A stretch of 64,000 bases of DNA from Marsupella aquatica (lineage: Eukaryota > Plantae > Marchantiophyta). The notes beneath the pieces are model-generated. The model did no database searches. It was not told the DNA's origin and worked only from the letters and a program-made list of their open reading frames with translations. Both the position numbers and the translations under genes were made by a program. The stretch covers positions 5,335,241 to 5,399,240 of the forward strand of contig OZ316899.1 in assembly GCA_973895155.1 (NCBI GenBank), read 5' to 3'. The stretch's first letter is position 1, and each line of letters opens with the position of its first letter. Shown in pieces: positions 37,327-50,200 of the stretch.

Positions 37327-37554
37327 CTCATGAGTTGAATGTCCTGGTAAATCACCCTGGTGCCGTCCATGATTCTCAATATGCTCAATGGTCTCCCAAG
37401 CTTGGCAAACAACCATTCCCTTACATCTTACACACCAACATGGAATGGGGCCAAGAGGAGGACGTCGAGGCCTAGCAGGAGGAGGAGCAATATCCCCCTC
37501 AGAAGATGACGAGTCTGAGTCCGAATCTGAGTCTGAACTCCCAGAAGTTGACAT
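37327..37554 (-). CDS. Transposase-associated (CxCxxC..H..H) first coding exon of CACTA 2
   Basis: PCWCVRCKG..TIEHIENHG; ends in a phase-0 donor GAG|GTATGC. Confidence 0.75.
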
Positions 37555-40500
37555 CTGCCCATCATAGGTACACACCTCATCTCAAAATCTCCCTCATATT
37601 AAGTACTCACACAATTGAATTGGAATATATGCAAGCTTATAAGAGGTAAATAAAACATACACACCCACACACACTATACATCTTACCTGAATGATATCCG
37701 TGCTCAACAATGCCTACTAGGATCTTGGCCTTAGGATATATCCTAAGACAATATCCAAAATGTCTGCAAAAGGTGGTACCATGATAAACTTAGCTAGGGA
37801 TGTATTCCCACAAATGTGCCCAACAATGACCAAAAGGTTGGAGCCACAAATTCTACAAGTGTCCACCCTCGTATCAATTTAGGGAGTGCATCATACCTTT
37901 TGGATGCACGGGCTATCACGATGCATATGGCATTGCAAAATTGGACCCTAAAAAAACAAAGACAAAACCAACAACCCAACCCTCTCCAAACAAGTACTGC
38001 ACAATACACACACAAGGTTAATACCCTATGTTTGGCCTCCCACAAAATATTGCACATCACATATAACAAAAGACCATCACATATTGGCAGGAAGTACAAT
38101 ATAATGGCAACAACATACCAGCCTATATATATATATATGTTACCCCAAAATTTGTCCGTTTGGATAAATTGCCGCACTACAATGTAACCATCCGATCAAA
38201 AACCACGTTGGCGAAACAAAACCGGGACCACCCAAAGCAAACCTACATTTCATTGCAAGTAAATGATGAAGTTAATATCCTTACAAAAACACTAATCCCA
38301 ATTACCAACCCTATTCCCAACTACTATCCCATTACAAATTCATCGGAAACATAGTCGGATGCCAAGCGGCAGTGAATGTCCGATGCTGGGACGAGGGGTC
38401 CGATTCTTATAGGATCGGAAATTTGTGATGTTTCTAGTATCGGACATACAATCGGATAGTTAATTAGGTCGCCCGACTGAAGTGCGAGTGCACCTCAATC
38501 GGGCATTGTTTCGGAAGAGTGTCGGGCGGACTTGGCGAGCTCAATTGCACGAGCTCTGGAGGTCATGGCTATGGAGGGAAATGGTGGGGCACCGGGGGGG
38601 ATGGAGCTGGTCCATCTAAAAGCTTTGCTCTCATAATGGCAGAGGTTTTCAGGACACAAGCTGGGCTGTCTGCTGAATCTGCAGAGAAAGTTGCCCATTT
38701 GACTCAAGGGCTGATTGACTCCTCCGACAGAGCTGTGATCAGGCTAGAGAAGGAGAGGAAAAGAAAGAGGAAGGAGGAGAGTAGGAGGCCAGAGGAGACT
38801 CTCTCACCACGACAGAGAGAGAAGAGCCTCAGGAAGGAGGCTCGAGCTACAGAGAGGCTTCGAATTGAGGAGGAGAGACTGCGTGCAAAGGAGAGGGCAA
38901 AACGGCCAAAGCTGGTTCTGAATGAGGGAGGAGCTCCCACAGCGAAGAGCTATAGGCTCTTCAGGAGTCAGCTGGGGCAGGTCTTAAGGTCACATTTTGG
39001 CCCCTTAGACTATTGGGGAAAGAAGAAAGAAGAGGAGCGATTTCGGGTTAGGGAGCAAGTGAAAGAGAGATTCAGCAATGGCTCGTTCTTAGATGATCGA
39101 TTTCTGAACAGGAAAATCTCTGTATCACTTGCAGATCATCGAAATCACATTAGGGAGAAGATGAGGAAGTACCTGCTTGAATGTCAGGATGAGGAAGAGG
39201 TGATCAGGAAGGGAAATCCCTCGGATGACATAGACGCTGATGCCTGGTCCGCTTGGATTGAGGCTGAGCTGCAGGTCCGTGCTTGGCAAGCTCGTCGTCA
39301 CTGGCAAGCTGAGGTTTCTGAGGTAGAGAAGAGGGCCCTTGCAGGAGAGACTGCTGACATCCACCCTCTGCAGTGCAAAGCAATTGAATGGGAGCGGAAA
39401 CCGAAACAACTTGGAGACCCACCCCTGGCAATTCAGAAGGCAATTGATAGAGTGGACAAGAGACCAAAAGTGACTCACCGGATGGGACAAGGTGGATCCC
39501 TTCGTCTCAAAGCAGAGTTTGTGAGTTCTCTGCCCCCTCCTCTTTGCTCAATTCCTACCTCCTTGCAAGGTCCTTCCTCCTCCTGATCACCTTAGGCACC
39601 AATCCAAGGTAATGCTTGCAGAGCCCCCCCCGCAACTACCATTCTTATGCTAGTGTAAACAGTGTGGCTGTCTAGCTTATTAATTGTCGTGGATTTTCAG
39701 TTTCCCGTTTTTTCTGCTGAGTCCGATGCATGTCCAACTTCAATTTAGTCGGAAGCAACATCGGATGCTGTATTATGGTTAGTTGTAGGGCCGTGTCCGA
39801 TCCAGGTCCGATTACTTTACCATCGGACATTGTATCGGACTCAAAGTGTCGGGTTTGCTTCCGATGTGGCAAAGAGGGGTCCGATGCAATTAGGATCGGA
39901 TAAATTCAAATTTTTGAATTATCGACGAGTGTTATTGGGTGAGCGGCCATGATTCATGCCAAGTGCTTAATTAGGTTATAGGTAGGGTTTTTCTGAAAGT
40001 GAAGGGGGATGATTTTTAAAACTAAGATCAAGGGTTGATGAAGGGTTTAATTTTTGGAAGTAATGTATATATTGAGTTTGAAAGGAGTATTAATTTGTTG
40101 GAGTGCAGGAGCGAGAGCATGGACGCCCAATCTTGCCAATCGAGAGAGAGTTAGCTAAGAAGCTTGGACCGCGGGCTCTCAAGCTTCGCATGGAGGAGGA
40201 GTTGGGGTCAGTAAGTTTATTCAATACCGTTAATCCTAAGGTGATCAATTCATCATTGAGTTGTTGTAATGAAGTTTTTGGTAACATTAACATATTGGTT
40301 GGTGCTTGCGTATATATATGGATGTAGGGCTCGGAGAAGGAGTCAGAGAGTTCTGGCGAGGAGGAGGGATCGGACAACTCAGATTCAGAATCTGAGGGTG
40401 CAACATCCCGAGGGCGTGGAGGTAGTCAGTCTAGACAGAGGACACATGATGGTGGTAGGGGTCGTAGTGTTCGAGGAGGTAGTAGGGGTGCTCGCGTAGG

Positions 40501-40863
40501 AGGTGCATCTCGCCATACAGTGGCTGGTGGGGCTGGTGGGGCTCACCGGTCTGCTCCTGGTAGGGGGGTGGTAGTAGGGCACCCAATGGTTTGCACCGGT
40601 CGACTTCTGGTAGGGGGGTGGTAGTAGGGCACCCAATGGTTTGCACCGGTCCACTTCTGGTGGAGGGGCTGGTAGTAGGGCACCTGGTGGTTCTCACCGG
40701 TCCGCTTCTGGTGGGGGGGGGGGCAGGGTGGGGGTGGCACCGGGGCCCCTAGTGGTTCTCATCGGGCAGGTTCTGGTGGGGGGGCAGGGACCAGGGCTCC
40801 TGGTGGTTCTCATCGGGCAGGTTTTGGTGTGGGGGGGGTAGTGGGGCACCTGGTGGTTATCAC

Positions 40864-42922
40864 TGTAATGTTGTACATTAGTTAGAAATGATGGAAATTT
40901 TATAAATTTTGAACTTTTTCTAACTCAAAGGTGTAGTCTAGTTACCTTTTGTAGCAATTTAGATCAACTGAACACTTTAGCTAATGCTATCCTTCATTGG
41001 AGGTTATTGTATTGGATAAGGATCAATTATATAAATCATTGCTCTTTACATGCTACCAAGAAAGAAGACTGGACATCATTGGAGAAGCAATGCACACTAG
41101 AAGATTCAAGAACTGGCCTCCAAAATACTTCTTCAGCAAGAATGAGCTCTGTGTGCAATTATCACGATCAACCGATCTTTGCTATTTTAATTAAATAGCT
41201 ATCATGGTCAGAAAAGTCTCATACTTTTTTAGAAGTTAGTAGTTACGTAGTAAATTCATCCCTGAAAGTTTCATCTCAAACCGACGTGTGGTTTGAAAGT
41301 TAGAATTAATTTAGTTTTGCTATTTTTCACATAGCCGCGACTTCGCCAACGCTTTCTGAAGCGTTCCTTGTATTTTTGGACGTTTTCTGAAGCGTCCACC
41401 CAAGACCACGACGCTTTCTGAAGCATCCGCCACCCAACCAGCTGTACTCCGACGCTCTGCAATCCACCCGACACCGCGACGCTTTCTGAAGCGTCTACCA
41501 AGTTTCGACGTTTTCTGAGGCGTCCGCCACTCCAAGGCGACATCGACACTGACGCTGACTGAAGCGTCGCACCCGGAGCCCAGAAGACGGACGCTGCGAC
41601 CAAAACCTCAAAATTCAGCCGACGCTTTCTGAAGCGTCCACAAAAGTCCTTTGTAGTTTTGGACGCTTTCTGAAGCGTCCACTATGTTCCCGACACTTAG
41701 AAATATTTTCGTTTTTCGCACTTTTATAACACCGCGCCACTTTCATCGATTTATTTGAGACACTTAGAGATCTCAGAAAAGTCTGAAACTTTGTCAACAT
41801 AGAGATTATATGTAGTAGATTACCCTAGAAAAGGTTCAACTCCTTTCGACTTTTAGTTTAGAAGTTAAAATTAGATTAAGATCACTGTTTATTAGTTTTA
41901 CCGCAAACACCGACGCTTTGCAAAGCGTCCGCTCAAACCTCGACGCTTTGAGAAGCGTCCCCTGCATTTTTGACACTTTCAGCAGTATCCATTCACTTTT
42001 CAAGGATGACCGTCATTAAGTTTATTCAAGACCCTTTAGATATGAAAGGGCACGTCCTTTCAGTCTCTCAGTCTCCTTGCGTTCCTGCTAGCCTATATGA
42101 AGTAGAATTTGTGTCATTCTCGAGTGGAAAGAAATAAAGTAGTGCCTGTGGCATGTGCTACAACACTGGAATCACCTTTGCAAAGCTTTCGTGTGTCTTT
42201 GTATGGTATGGAGCTTGCAAATGCAAAGGAATTCTTCTCCCTTCCTTGGTCTGAATGATTGAGAGTTTAGATCATTGAAGTAAAATTACTTGTATGAAGT
42301 TGAATCTCAGAAGTATGAGGGAATAGATTCCTTAAGTGGTGACAACCCATCTTCTTGAGTTCTTGATGCATAGTTTTTGGCGTGACATTGCTTGTGTATG
42401 GGATGCAAAGATTGTTACTCACCAATTACCTGTGACTTCAATTTGATCATGATGGTGTTTATTATTCGTGACTCAGAGTACCGACTGGATATCAAAGTGA
42501 TTGATTACTAGTTTCTTCTGAGTACCTTTGGAAGGAAAAGTTGAGACGTGTTGACGGCATCATCCTAGTACAGTAATCCCTTCCAGAAATGTTCTTACGG
42601 ATTTACCACCCAAATCACATCAAATGAAGTATTGATAAAAAGTTACCTTGGTGTTTTCCAGACTCCCTCATCATCTCTCAAGATTTCATTGTGTTTTGTT
42701 ATTTGTTTCTATTTTATTAATTGCATTTAAAATGTTAAGCAAACATTCAAATCTATGCCTTGCTGAGCAACCATAGTAAAAGGCTCAAACCTATGTTTTT
42801 GTTACCTTAGTCATTCATAAGTGTTAAATGATAGAAAATCATTCCTTTCTTGTTCTTCCATGGGATCGAATACCGAGTTTTGGGCATTAAATGCTGATTT
42901 ATGTCCTTAGTGCAATACTACA
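40864..42922. mobile_element. Solo LTR, 2,059 bp
   Basis: TGTAATGTTG...CAATACTACA ends and a perfect 5-bp TSD ATCAC (40859-63, 42923-27). Confidence 0.92.
41345..41965. repeat. Dispersed palindromic 18-mers GACGCTTTCTGAAGCGTC inside the solo LTR
   Basis: About 10 copies or variants separated by 14-60-nt spacers, with one longer gap. Confidence 0.85.
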
Positions 42923-45900
42923 ATCACCAGTCCGCTTCTAGTGGGGGGGGTGGCACCGGGGCTCCTAGTGGTTCTCGCCATTCAGGGGCTGCAGGTGGCG
43001 GGAGTAGTGGGGCACATGTTGCTTCTCGTCATTCAGGGGCTGGTGGTGGGGAGGGTAGTGGGACCCCTGCTGGTTCTCACCAGTCAGTTGGGGATGGGGG
43101 AAATGCCCCAGCTGACCAGTTAGGGGCCAACCAGGGTACTACGAGCGTTGGAGGCAGTGGCGGTGGTGCGAGTGGGTCTCACCAGTCGGGTGCCATCGGG
43201 GGTGATGGCTCTCACCACTCTGGCACCCAAGTGGGCAGTGGGGATGCATCCTTTCATACTTGCTCTGCTGGTGGGGGTGCTGCACCGCCTTCACATGACT
43301 CAGGAGGTGTGTCTGGTGGTGATGCCCGTGGAAGTAGTGGTACAGCAGGTCCTAGCACCACAAGTGCAGGTGGGTCACATGCCCCCATTGACGAGGCCCT
43401 AGAGGTAGTGCCAGCTGCTAGTACCCCACCATCAAGATCTCACACCCGTTCCAAGAAAAGGAAGGGACGACATGCACCAGCATATGGATAGGGCAGCCTA
43501 GGATAGGCCCATATATAGGTAGGCATTTTGCCGATTGACTTAGAGTACACTTGTGCATTTAGTACTTACCATGTTCATTTGGCAAGGCCAGGCCATTGAT
43601 CCTCTTTTGTATATCTATTTTGGGGTCTCCCCTTTTTGATTATATATTTATACCTTCTTTGCCTACACACAGATGTTGGGGTCTATGTGTGTCACCATCT
43701 TAATACCCTAATTCAGCCCCAAATTAAATCCAATAAAAACCCCAAATTTATGAGCCCTACTCTATTGCTTCTGATCTGCTTCCAATACTAGATTTGACGC
43801 TCAGTCCAATACACATTCCATTGCTACCATCGTTGCAATGTCCGATGTCACATCCTACGCACTTTCCAATTTGGAAAATAACGCAACGTCCGATAATTAT
43901 AATTACGCAATTTCCAATTTTTAAATAATCAGATAAACCGATATTATAAACATCGGACCATGATCGAATGTGTACAATGCCTTGCATGCGGTAGCTGCCA
44001 CGTTTCCGAAACTCTTCGCATTGGGCGTGATTGTATTCGATACCTTCTACGTCGGTCTATGCGATTACTACTGCATCGGAAAGTCCGATGGAGATCCGAT
44101 TGTTGGTATCCGATGGTTGAAACAACGGACAGTGCGATATAAGAAACATCAGAAACGTGGTTCTCTATGGTGCATTTTTATGAAGGGATCCGATGCCTGT
44201 AGGTCGGAAAATGGCCCAATAATGTACTAGTGTAAGGAGAGTCATCCTCATGAGTACCCTGTTCATGCACGGAAATAGTGTGGTTCACATTGCACAACCG
44301 CATAGCTTGGACTTGGGCTTCTTCCTGCACACACAAATGAAGACATAATTTACTACATGGCCCAAAACCGGAACCTTAGAAACCAAATACCAATTGAAAC
44401 ATGACAGTGTGCCTCTACATACCAGAGCTTGCGTGGACTGCATTTGTTGCACAAGGTGACAACGTCTGCCCAAGCAGGCACTGTTTACCCCGTATGTTCC
44501 CTTCATCTCTTGAATATAGCCACCTTCACCCAATGGCAACTTGTCCTGCCCTATGTTTGGAAGACCCCAACTTTGAACCCAATCTTCCAAAAAGGGTTTC
44601 CCACATGCAAAGCAACAGGGTGCTCTTGTTTTATCCCCCAACAATGTAAATAAACAATGTGGATGATACATGTGGCCACAACTTGCTGGAACCCAGTTGA
44701 AACAATGGTACCCGTGGCAACAAATTGGACAATTACTCGCAAGCACTTCCGTTCCCACTATTGTAGTTGATGTGGGAACAAACCGAGGTTGCAACACTGG
44801 ACATGGATTGGACAAAAGAGACTCCAAAATAACCAGTTCAGACTTTTGAGCTGCTGCAGACAACTCAAGGGGCTTCAGGTCTGCTTCCAACTGTGACTCC
44901 ACAACTTTTAGACGAGCTACCTTCTCTGGTACCCATTCAAAGCGCTTGTTGTTGGTATCTATGAGCTTGTCAAATGTTGCCATCCCCTTTAGAATAGATG
45001 ATTCATTGTTCTTCAACGCCTCCATGTCCTTGTTACCATCCTCCAACTTCTGCCGTAAGATAACAATGTAGCTATCCTGCCCCCCCCCCCCCAGAAAAGA
45101 AAACAGCACATGGCAACATTATTTTGCAGTTCATCATGCATCAATGCCTCGTCCTACCAAACCGAATCCAACCACCCAACAAAACATACATAGCCTACAG
45201 GTATTTTGAGCAACACAAGGACAGGCCTATGGTCTGACAAGCAGTATACCTCCTTGTCTTGCTCTCCCTTCAGCTCCTTGAGCTCCATTTCTGTTGACAA
45301 GTCATCATGTAGGGTGTCCCTTGCCTGCATTTTGCTTCTCACCTCACCCAACTCTTCCTCTAGTTTGTTACGTTGCTCTTGAATGACAGAGATGACTGCT
45401 GGATGATCCCGTTTTGACCCCTCCAAGCTTTTCACAGTCTTCTGAACCGCACTGATGCGCTGATGAGTCTCTTTTAGACTACATTCAATCGTGATGATTT
45501 GCCCATCCAGAATGGACAGCAAAAGACTTCTTGGCAATGCAGGGAGAACAGGAGCCTCGGGCTTGGTAGGGAGAAGCTTTATTTGGGGGACACAAAGGGC
45601 CGCAGCTTCCAATGGTTTGGGACGTGGGCTCCCCTTGCTGCAAGAATCCACTATCCCTGGGTGAGCTTTGTCCCTCGCTGTTTGATTCTTGGTAGAAATC
45701 CGTGGGATGGGCTGTGGGAGACGCGTTGAAGGGTCATCCACAAGCCACTTCAAATTTTCTTCATCAAATTCCGCAGGCACTGGTGGTGAATATAGATGTA
45801 GCCTCCTTACGCAAGGAGGCCCGTCTGGCTTACCCTTACCATCTCGCTCCCATTGGGCAATTTGCCCCTTCAGCTTGGACACTGCATACACACATCAGTC

Positions 45901-47215
45901 CACCTTTCGCCTTTGGATCCTGCCTGCATGTGGAATGGCAAAAAGGAGCATTGGAGTGAAAATGGTACATTTTAAAACTTTCTGACTTTAGTTGAAGCTT
46001 CCCCAAGTCAATTGGTTACCCCTTAATACATTTTAAGCCTCAAAAGATCATTCTGGAGAAAGTTGAGGAGTTTGGATTTTTTTCCGGAACAATCGCTCAG
46101 AAAGCTCTCCGAAAGAAATTGCTTTGGCAGAAGAATTGGTTAGAAGTTGCTACAACAACTTTGACGGATGATTGCGGATCGGCCCAATGTTGGTTTGAGG
46201 AGATTTTTAGACTTTGTGGAAAGGTATTTCCAAGGGCTATAGAGAGAATTTTAGTTTGGACCCAAAAGACATACTTCAAAATGTCTCAAATTGATTCTCC
46301 GAGATATTCTGGCACTTGTTTCCTAAACCGTTTTACATTTGTTTTGCACCTCTTGAGCTTTTCCAGTAGTCAGTTAGAGTAGGATATAGAGAGACATAGT
46401 TTAGTACACCTTTAGGAATTAGATTTAGAGGGTCTTAGACTCATCTTACCTTTTAGGACTTTAAATTTAGATACGAAAAGGTTTGTAGACCTTTTAAACC
46501 TTTTGGCATCTCAAGCCTTTGAGGGAGCCTACAATTGGACTCCTAGGACCATTTTTCATTGTCTTTTCCTTGGAATGTTAATCTTTGACCAGTTTTGGGT
46601 CTTTCTCTCATGCCAATTTTGGGCTTAGGAGGGAAGATTAAACCAAGAGGAATTGTACCACACTTTTGCATTGGAATTATAGCATTTGTCTCAAGTTCAT
46701 GAATGAATGTCATAAGAATCATGAATTTGTAAGAGAAAACTTTGAGATATAGGGAAAGGAGAATTGTAGTGAGTTATTCGACGTAAAACCAATCTCTATT
46801 GAGTATATGGAAGTCGATAATGAATGAAAATCAGATTACCTATTGATAAGAAGTAAACACTTATAAATTTATTGATCTTTTGAAATCTATTGAAATGTTG
46901 TTGTAGAATTGTATGCACAAGAAAATAGTGAAGAAATTGCTTTGCGATTTCAAAGTACATAAACACCTGCATAATTTGTTTCACTTATTCCTTACGGGAC
47001 CGAACCTTGGTATTTAAGGACAAATTACACACATTTGGGTTGTTTCCACTTACCACACTGCATAGGCCCCTTTGATGAAAGTGAATGACAGAAAGCCATT
47101 CACTGGTGAGTCATAACCATCCACAACTTGGGATAGCTGTAAAACCTCCTCAATTGGAAGGCCAACACAAAGACTCAGGTTATACCCGTTCCTGTCTTTC
47201 TCTCCTGTGATGCCT

Positions 47216-50200
47216 TGCAAGGATCACGAAGTACTTAGTTAAGCCTAAAATGATGGCTAAATAAAGATTAGGTAGATAGTATAAGGTAGGAACAAAGACC
47301 GAAGCCGATTGCAATGTGTTACGGGGAGGATTGCGATAAGGTAAGATCCAACGATCACGATTGAGCGGGATTAGGGTTATGACCTAATCTGGGCTTGATC
47401 AGGCAAGCCACCAGGAGGCGGATTTGTGGGGAGGGGACCGACACTCTATACACTTGCTCATTTGCTTGTTCGATCAACCTAGGGAGGTGGAGGCAACTGC
47501 CGATCGATCAAGGGAGGTGGTTAGGGAATTTCTCAAGATCCTTTTTCTTTTGGTGGAATGACCACGGTGAATCAAGCGGCCAAGTTTTGGGGCTGTTTGC
47601 TTGAAGAAGCACGATACCTCATACCAACTTACAAAGACGTCAAGCCGGAACGAGCAGCAAGGGAACGGGCGGAGCTCGCGCGGTTATGGGGAATTCATAA
47701 GATGGCATTTGTGGGAACAGAGGAGGTACTTGAGAAATTCATATGGATTTCCACCAGTGCTGAGCTTGACGAGTTGCTGATCAGAGAGAATCAAGTCGTT
47801 GGAATTTGGGAGGCGATTAAGAACGCTGGGCAGCCGGTGTGGGAGTTGAAGGGTCACACTTTGGCTTGGACCAAGGAAGCCATTCTTGGAGAGTTCTCAG
47901 GAACTGAAGAGATGAAGCGTAAGGGTAGTTTGGCGTCTGGAACACCAACTAAGCGGAACCGGTCGGAGAGGCAGGCCAAGGTTGAAGCCGTGCCAGTTCG
48001 TGATAGGGCAGTAGAGGATAAGTTTATGGCGGGTTGGGCAGATAGGCTACTTGCCGACTTACAACTGCAGTTTGCACGAGAAGAAGATGAGGTCTTCTAT
48101 GCTATCCAGGATAACAAGTATTCTGGATACATGAACAACACCGGCTTAAAGGGATTCATCCGGTTGCTGTGGCGGTTAATTGACATACCAAACAAAGATC
48201 TATTAGACTTCGTGGGATGCTGGGAGGCTTCTTGTAACACGACACTGATGTATGGGAAGGTGGTGGAATTAACGCCAACACTAATTGAAGCCGTCTTCGC
48301 TCTTCCACAAGGGAATAAAACTAAGGTGGAGCAGCGAAAGACATTGCCGGATAACCAATTCCAATCATTTCTAGGGCCCTCAACTAAGAATGGGTTCTTT
48401 AGAAATCAATGCACTAATCCACATGTGGGGCAGTTGATTGATTTCTTATGAGTCACGCTACACTGTACATTGCCGAGAGTAGAGATCGGCAAGGCCCAGG
48501 TATTTTTGGTGGAGAATATCGATTCAAGCCGAGACTACAATGGCTATCTTTTAATGCAGTTAAAGAAGGCATTAAATGAAGAGAAGCAGAGTATTGGGGA
48601 AGGAGCGGTATCCATACTAGGGTACCATCTGCAATTACTTTGCCGATATGCAAGAAGTCAGTCTTTTGCACCCATGCTACCACTACAGGAACAGATGCCG
48701 ATCACAGCACCGTTGGAGGAGGACGAGGAGCCCCTGCACAAGCGACGGCAAGAGAAGAGGTTGGCAATACAGGCAATTTAGGGATGGGAGAATTCCCCTC
48801 GCAAGGAATCGGAAGTAGTAACATATGATGTGGTGAGAAACCCTTGCGACGGCCTACTCGTAATAATCCATATGCAGGTATTCAACTAGTAGAGAGGAAG
48901 ATGACTGCCGAAGAAAGAAAGAAACGGGATGAGCAAATGGATTCGGAGTCAGAAGATGAAAGCCGAGGCCAAAGTCAGGAGAGGCCAGTCCTTAGAGCTT
49001 CTAGCCGGGCCCAAGTGGAGGAACCAGTGGAGGTAAATCAACCAGTGGGCTTTGCAGAAGAGGTCGGCATGCTCGGTAGTCAGGTTAATGTGGATGACTA
49101 CGACGATGATTATGTCAATCATGGGGAGAGACCGGTGCCAGGTGTGAGAACGTTGGGAAGGTTTTGTAGAAGACTTCCCTCAGTCTTTTATGGCAAGTCG
49201 GAGGATCAAAAAACCCCAGAGTCTCCTCCACCGGATGTGACACCATTGGAATTTGGCCGAATGAAGGAGGCCGAGGCAGGTTTGAAGGAGAAACTCAACG
49301 AGTGGAGGGCCCAAAATGACATGCAGGAACGGCAGCTACCAGGTGGTGATTGGCTGGAGGAAATAAAATGGCTTAGTGAGAAGCAGGCCAAGCCTCTCAC
49401 TAACTTTGATCAATTACAGGCATAAGCTTGGGAGAAACAGCCCTCGTTGGCAGATGCCAATATCACCTGGCAAGTCAAATTATGCGAGGGATTGGGCTAG
49501 GGAGTATGGAGACATGTGTAAACTGCTAGCCTTAGAAATCTTCGGCAATGAGTTAGAATCCGGACCATTTCTTAGAAAGGAAATGGCTGACCAAACAAGG
49601 TTGGAGGAGGCAATGATGTTGGAGCGATTAAAGAAAGAAGAGGTAATTGCTCGACTTTCCTACATGGAAGCCAAAGTTGCTAAGACGAAGGTTGATCAAC
49701 AAGCTCAACAGGATCTCTTGGCTAGGCAGCAGAAATTAGAGGTGGCGAACAACCAATTGGAAAACTACCAATTGGACAACCAGCAGATCAAGGAAAAATT
49801 GACAAAGGTACAGTTGGAGTTAGCCAATTCAAAGGCGGAGGCACATGGTCTAAATCGGCAAGTTGAGAGGCTCAGAAAGATAGCTAAGGACCAGGCCACC
49901 CAGAGCGAGAAGGCCTTGGCTAAAGCCCAAAGGAAGTATGAAAAGTTACTCGACCGGTTGGAGGCCATGCGGGAGAAGCATGAGGATGCCGTTTGTACAG
50001 CGGCCAATGATCACCTAAGCCGAGTCCAACAGATACGCAAGGAGCTTCAAGAGGAGATAACCAAGACAAAGCAGGCATGGACGGAGGAGGTCATGAAGCT
50101 GGAAGCCATCAACAATTCCCAGAGAGCCGCTCTAGATAAGGAGTTTGAGATCGTGCAGATCTTAAACGAGGAACTAAAGATGGCCAAGGATGAGCCGCAT

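Larger units (their letters stand above)
38636..43491 (+). pseudogene. TnpA-like (Ptta/Transposase_24-like) gene with a Gly/Ser-rich repetitive tail, interrupted by a solo LTR
   Basis: Exons 38636-39520, 40109-40210 and 40328- with GT-AG ends; THRMGQGG..EF|EREHGR motif; ~42-nt GS-rich repeats on both sides of the LTR. Confidence 0.65.
32036..44232. mobile_element. Complete CACTA transposon 2 (12,197 bp including a nested solo LTR)
   Basis: Perfect 12-bp TIR CACTAGTACATT at both ends, 3-bp TSD TAA (32033-35, 44233-35), TCCGAT/ATCGGA subterminal arrays. Confidence 0.97.

Noticed and set aside
41345-41965. CRISPR array
   Set aside because: Repeats are only 18 nt with irregular, partly related spacers, lie inside a TSD-flanked LTR in eukaryotic DNA, and no cas genes are present.
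45970-47040. Defined TE inside the RING-gene intron
   Set aside because: AT-rich with only weak inverted ends and no TSD; cannot be delimited.
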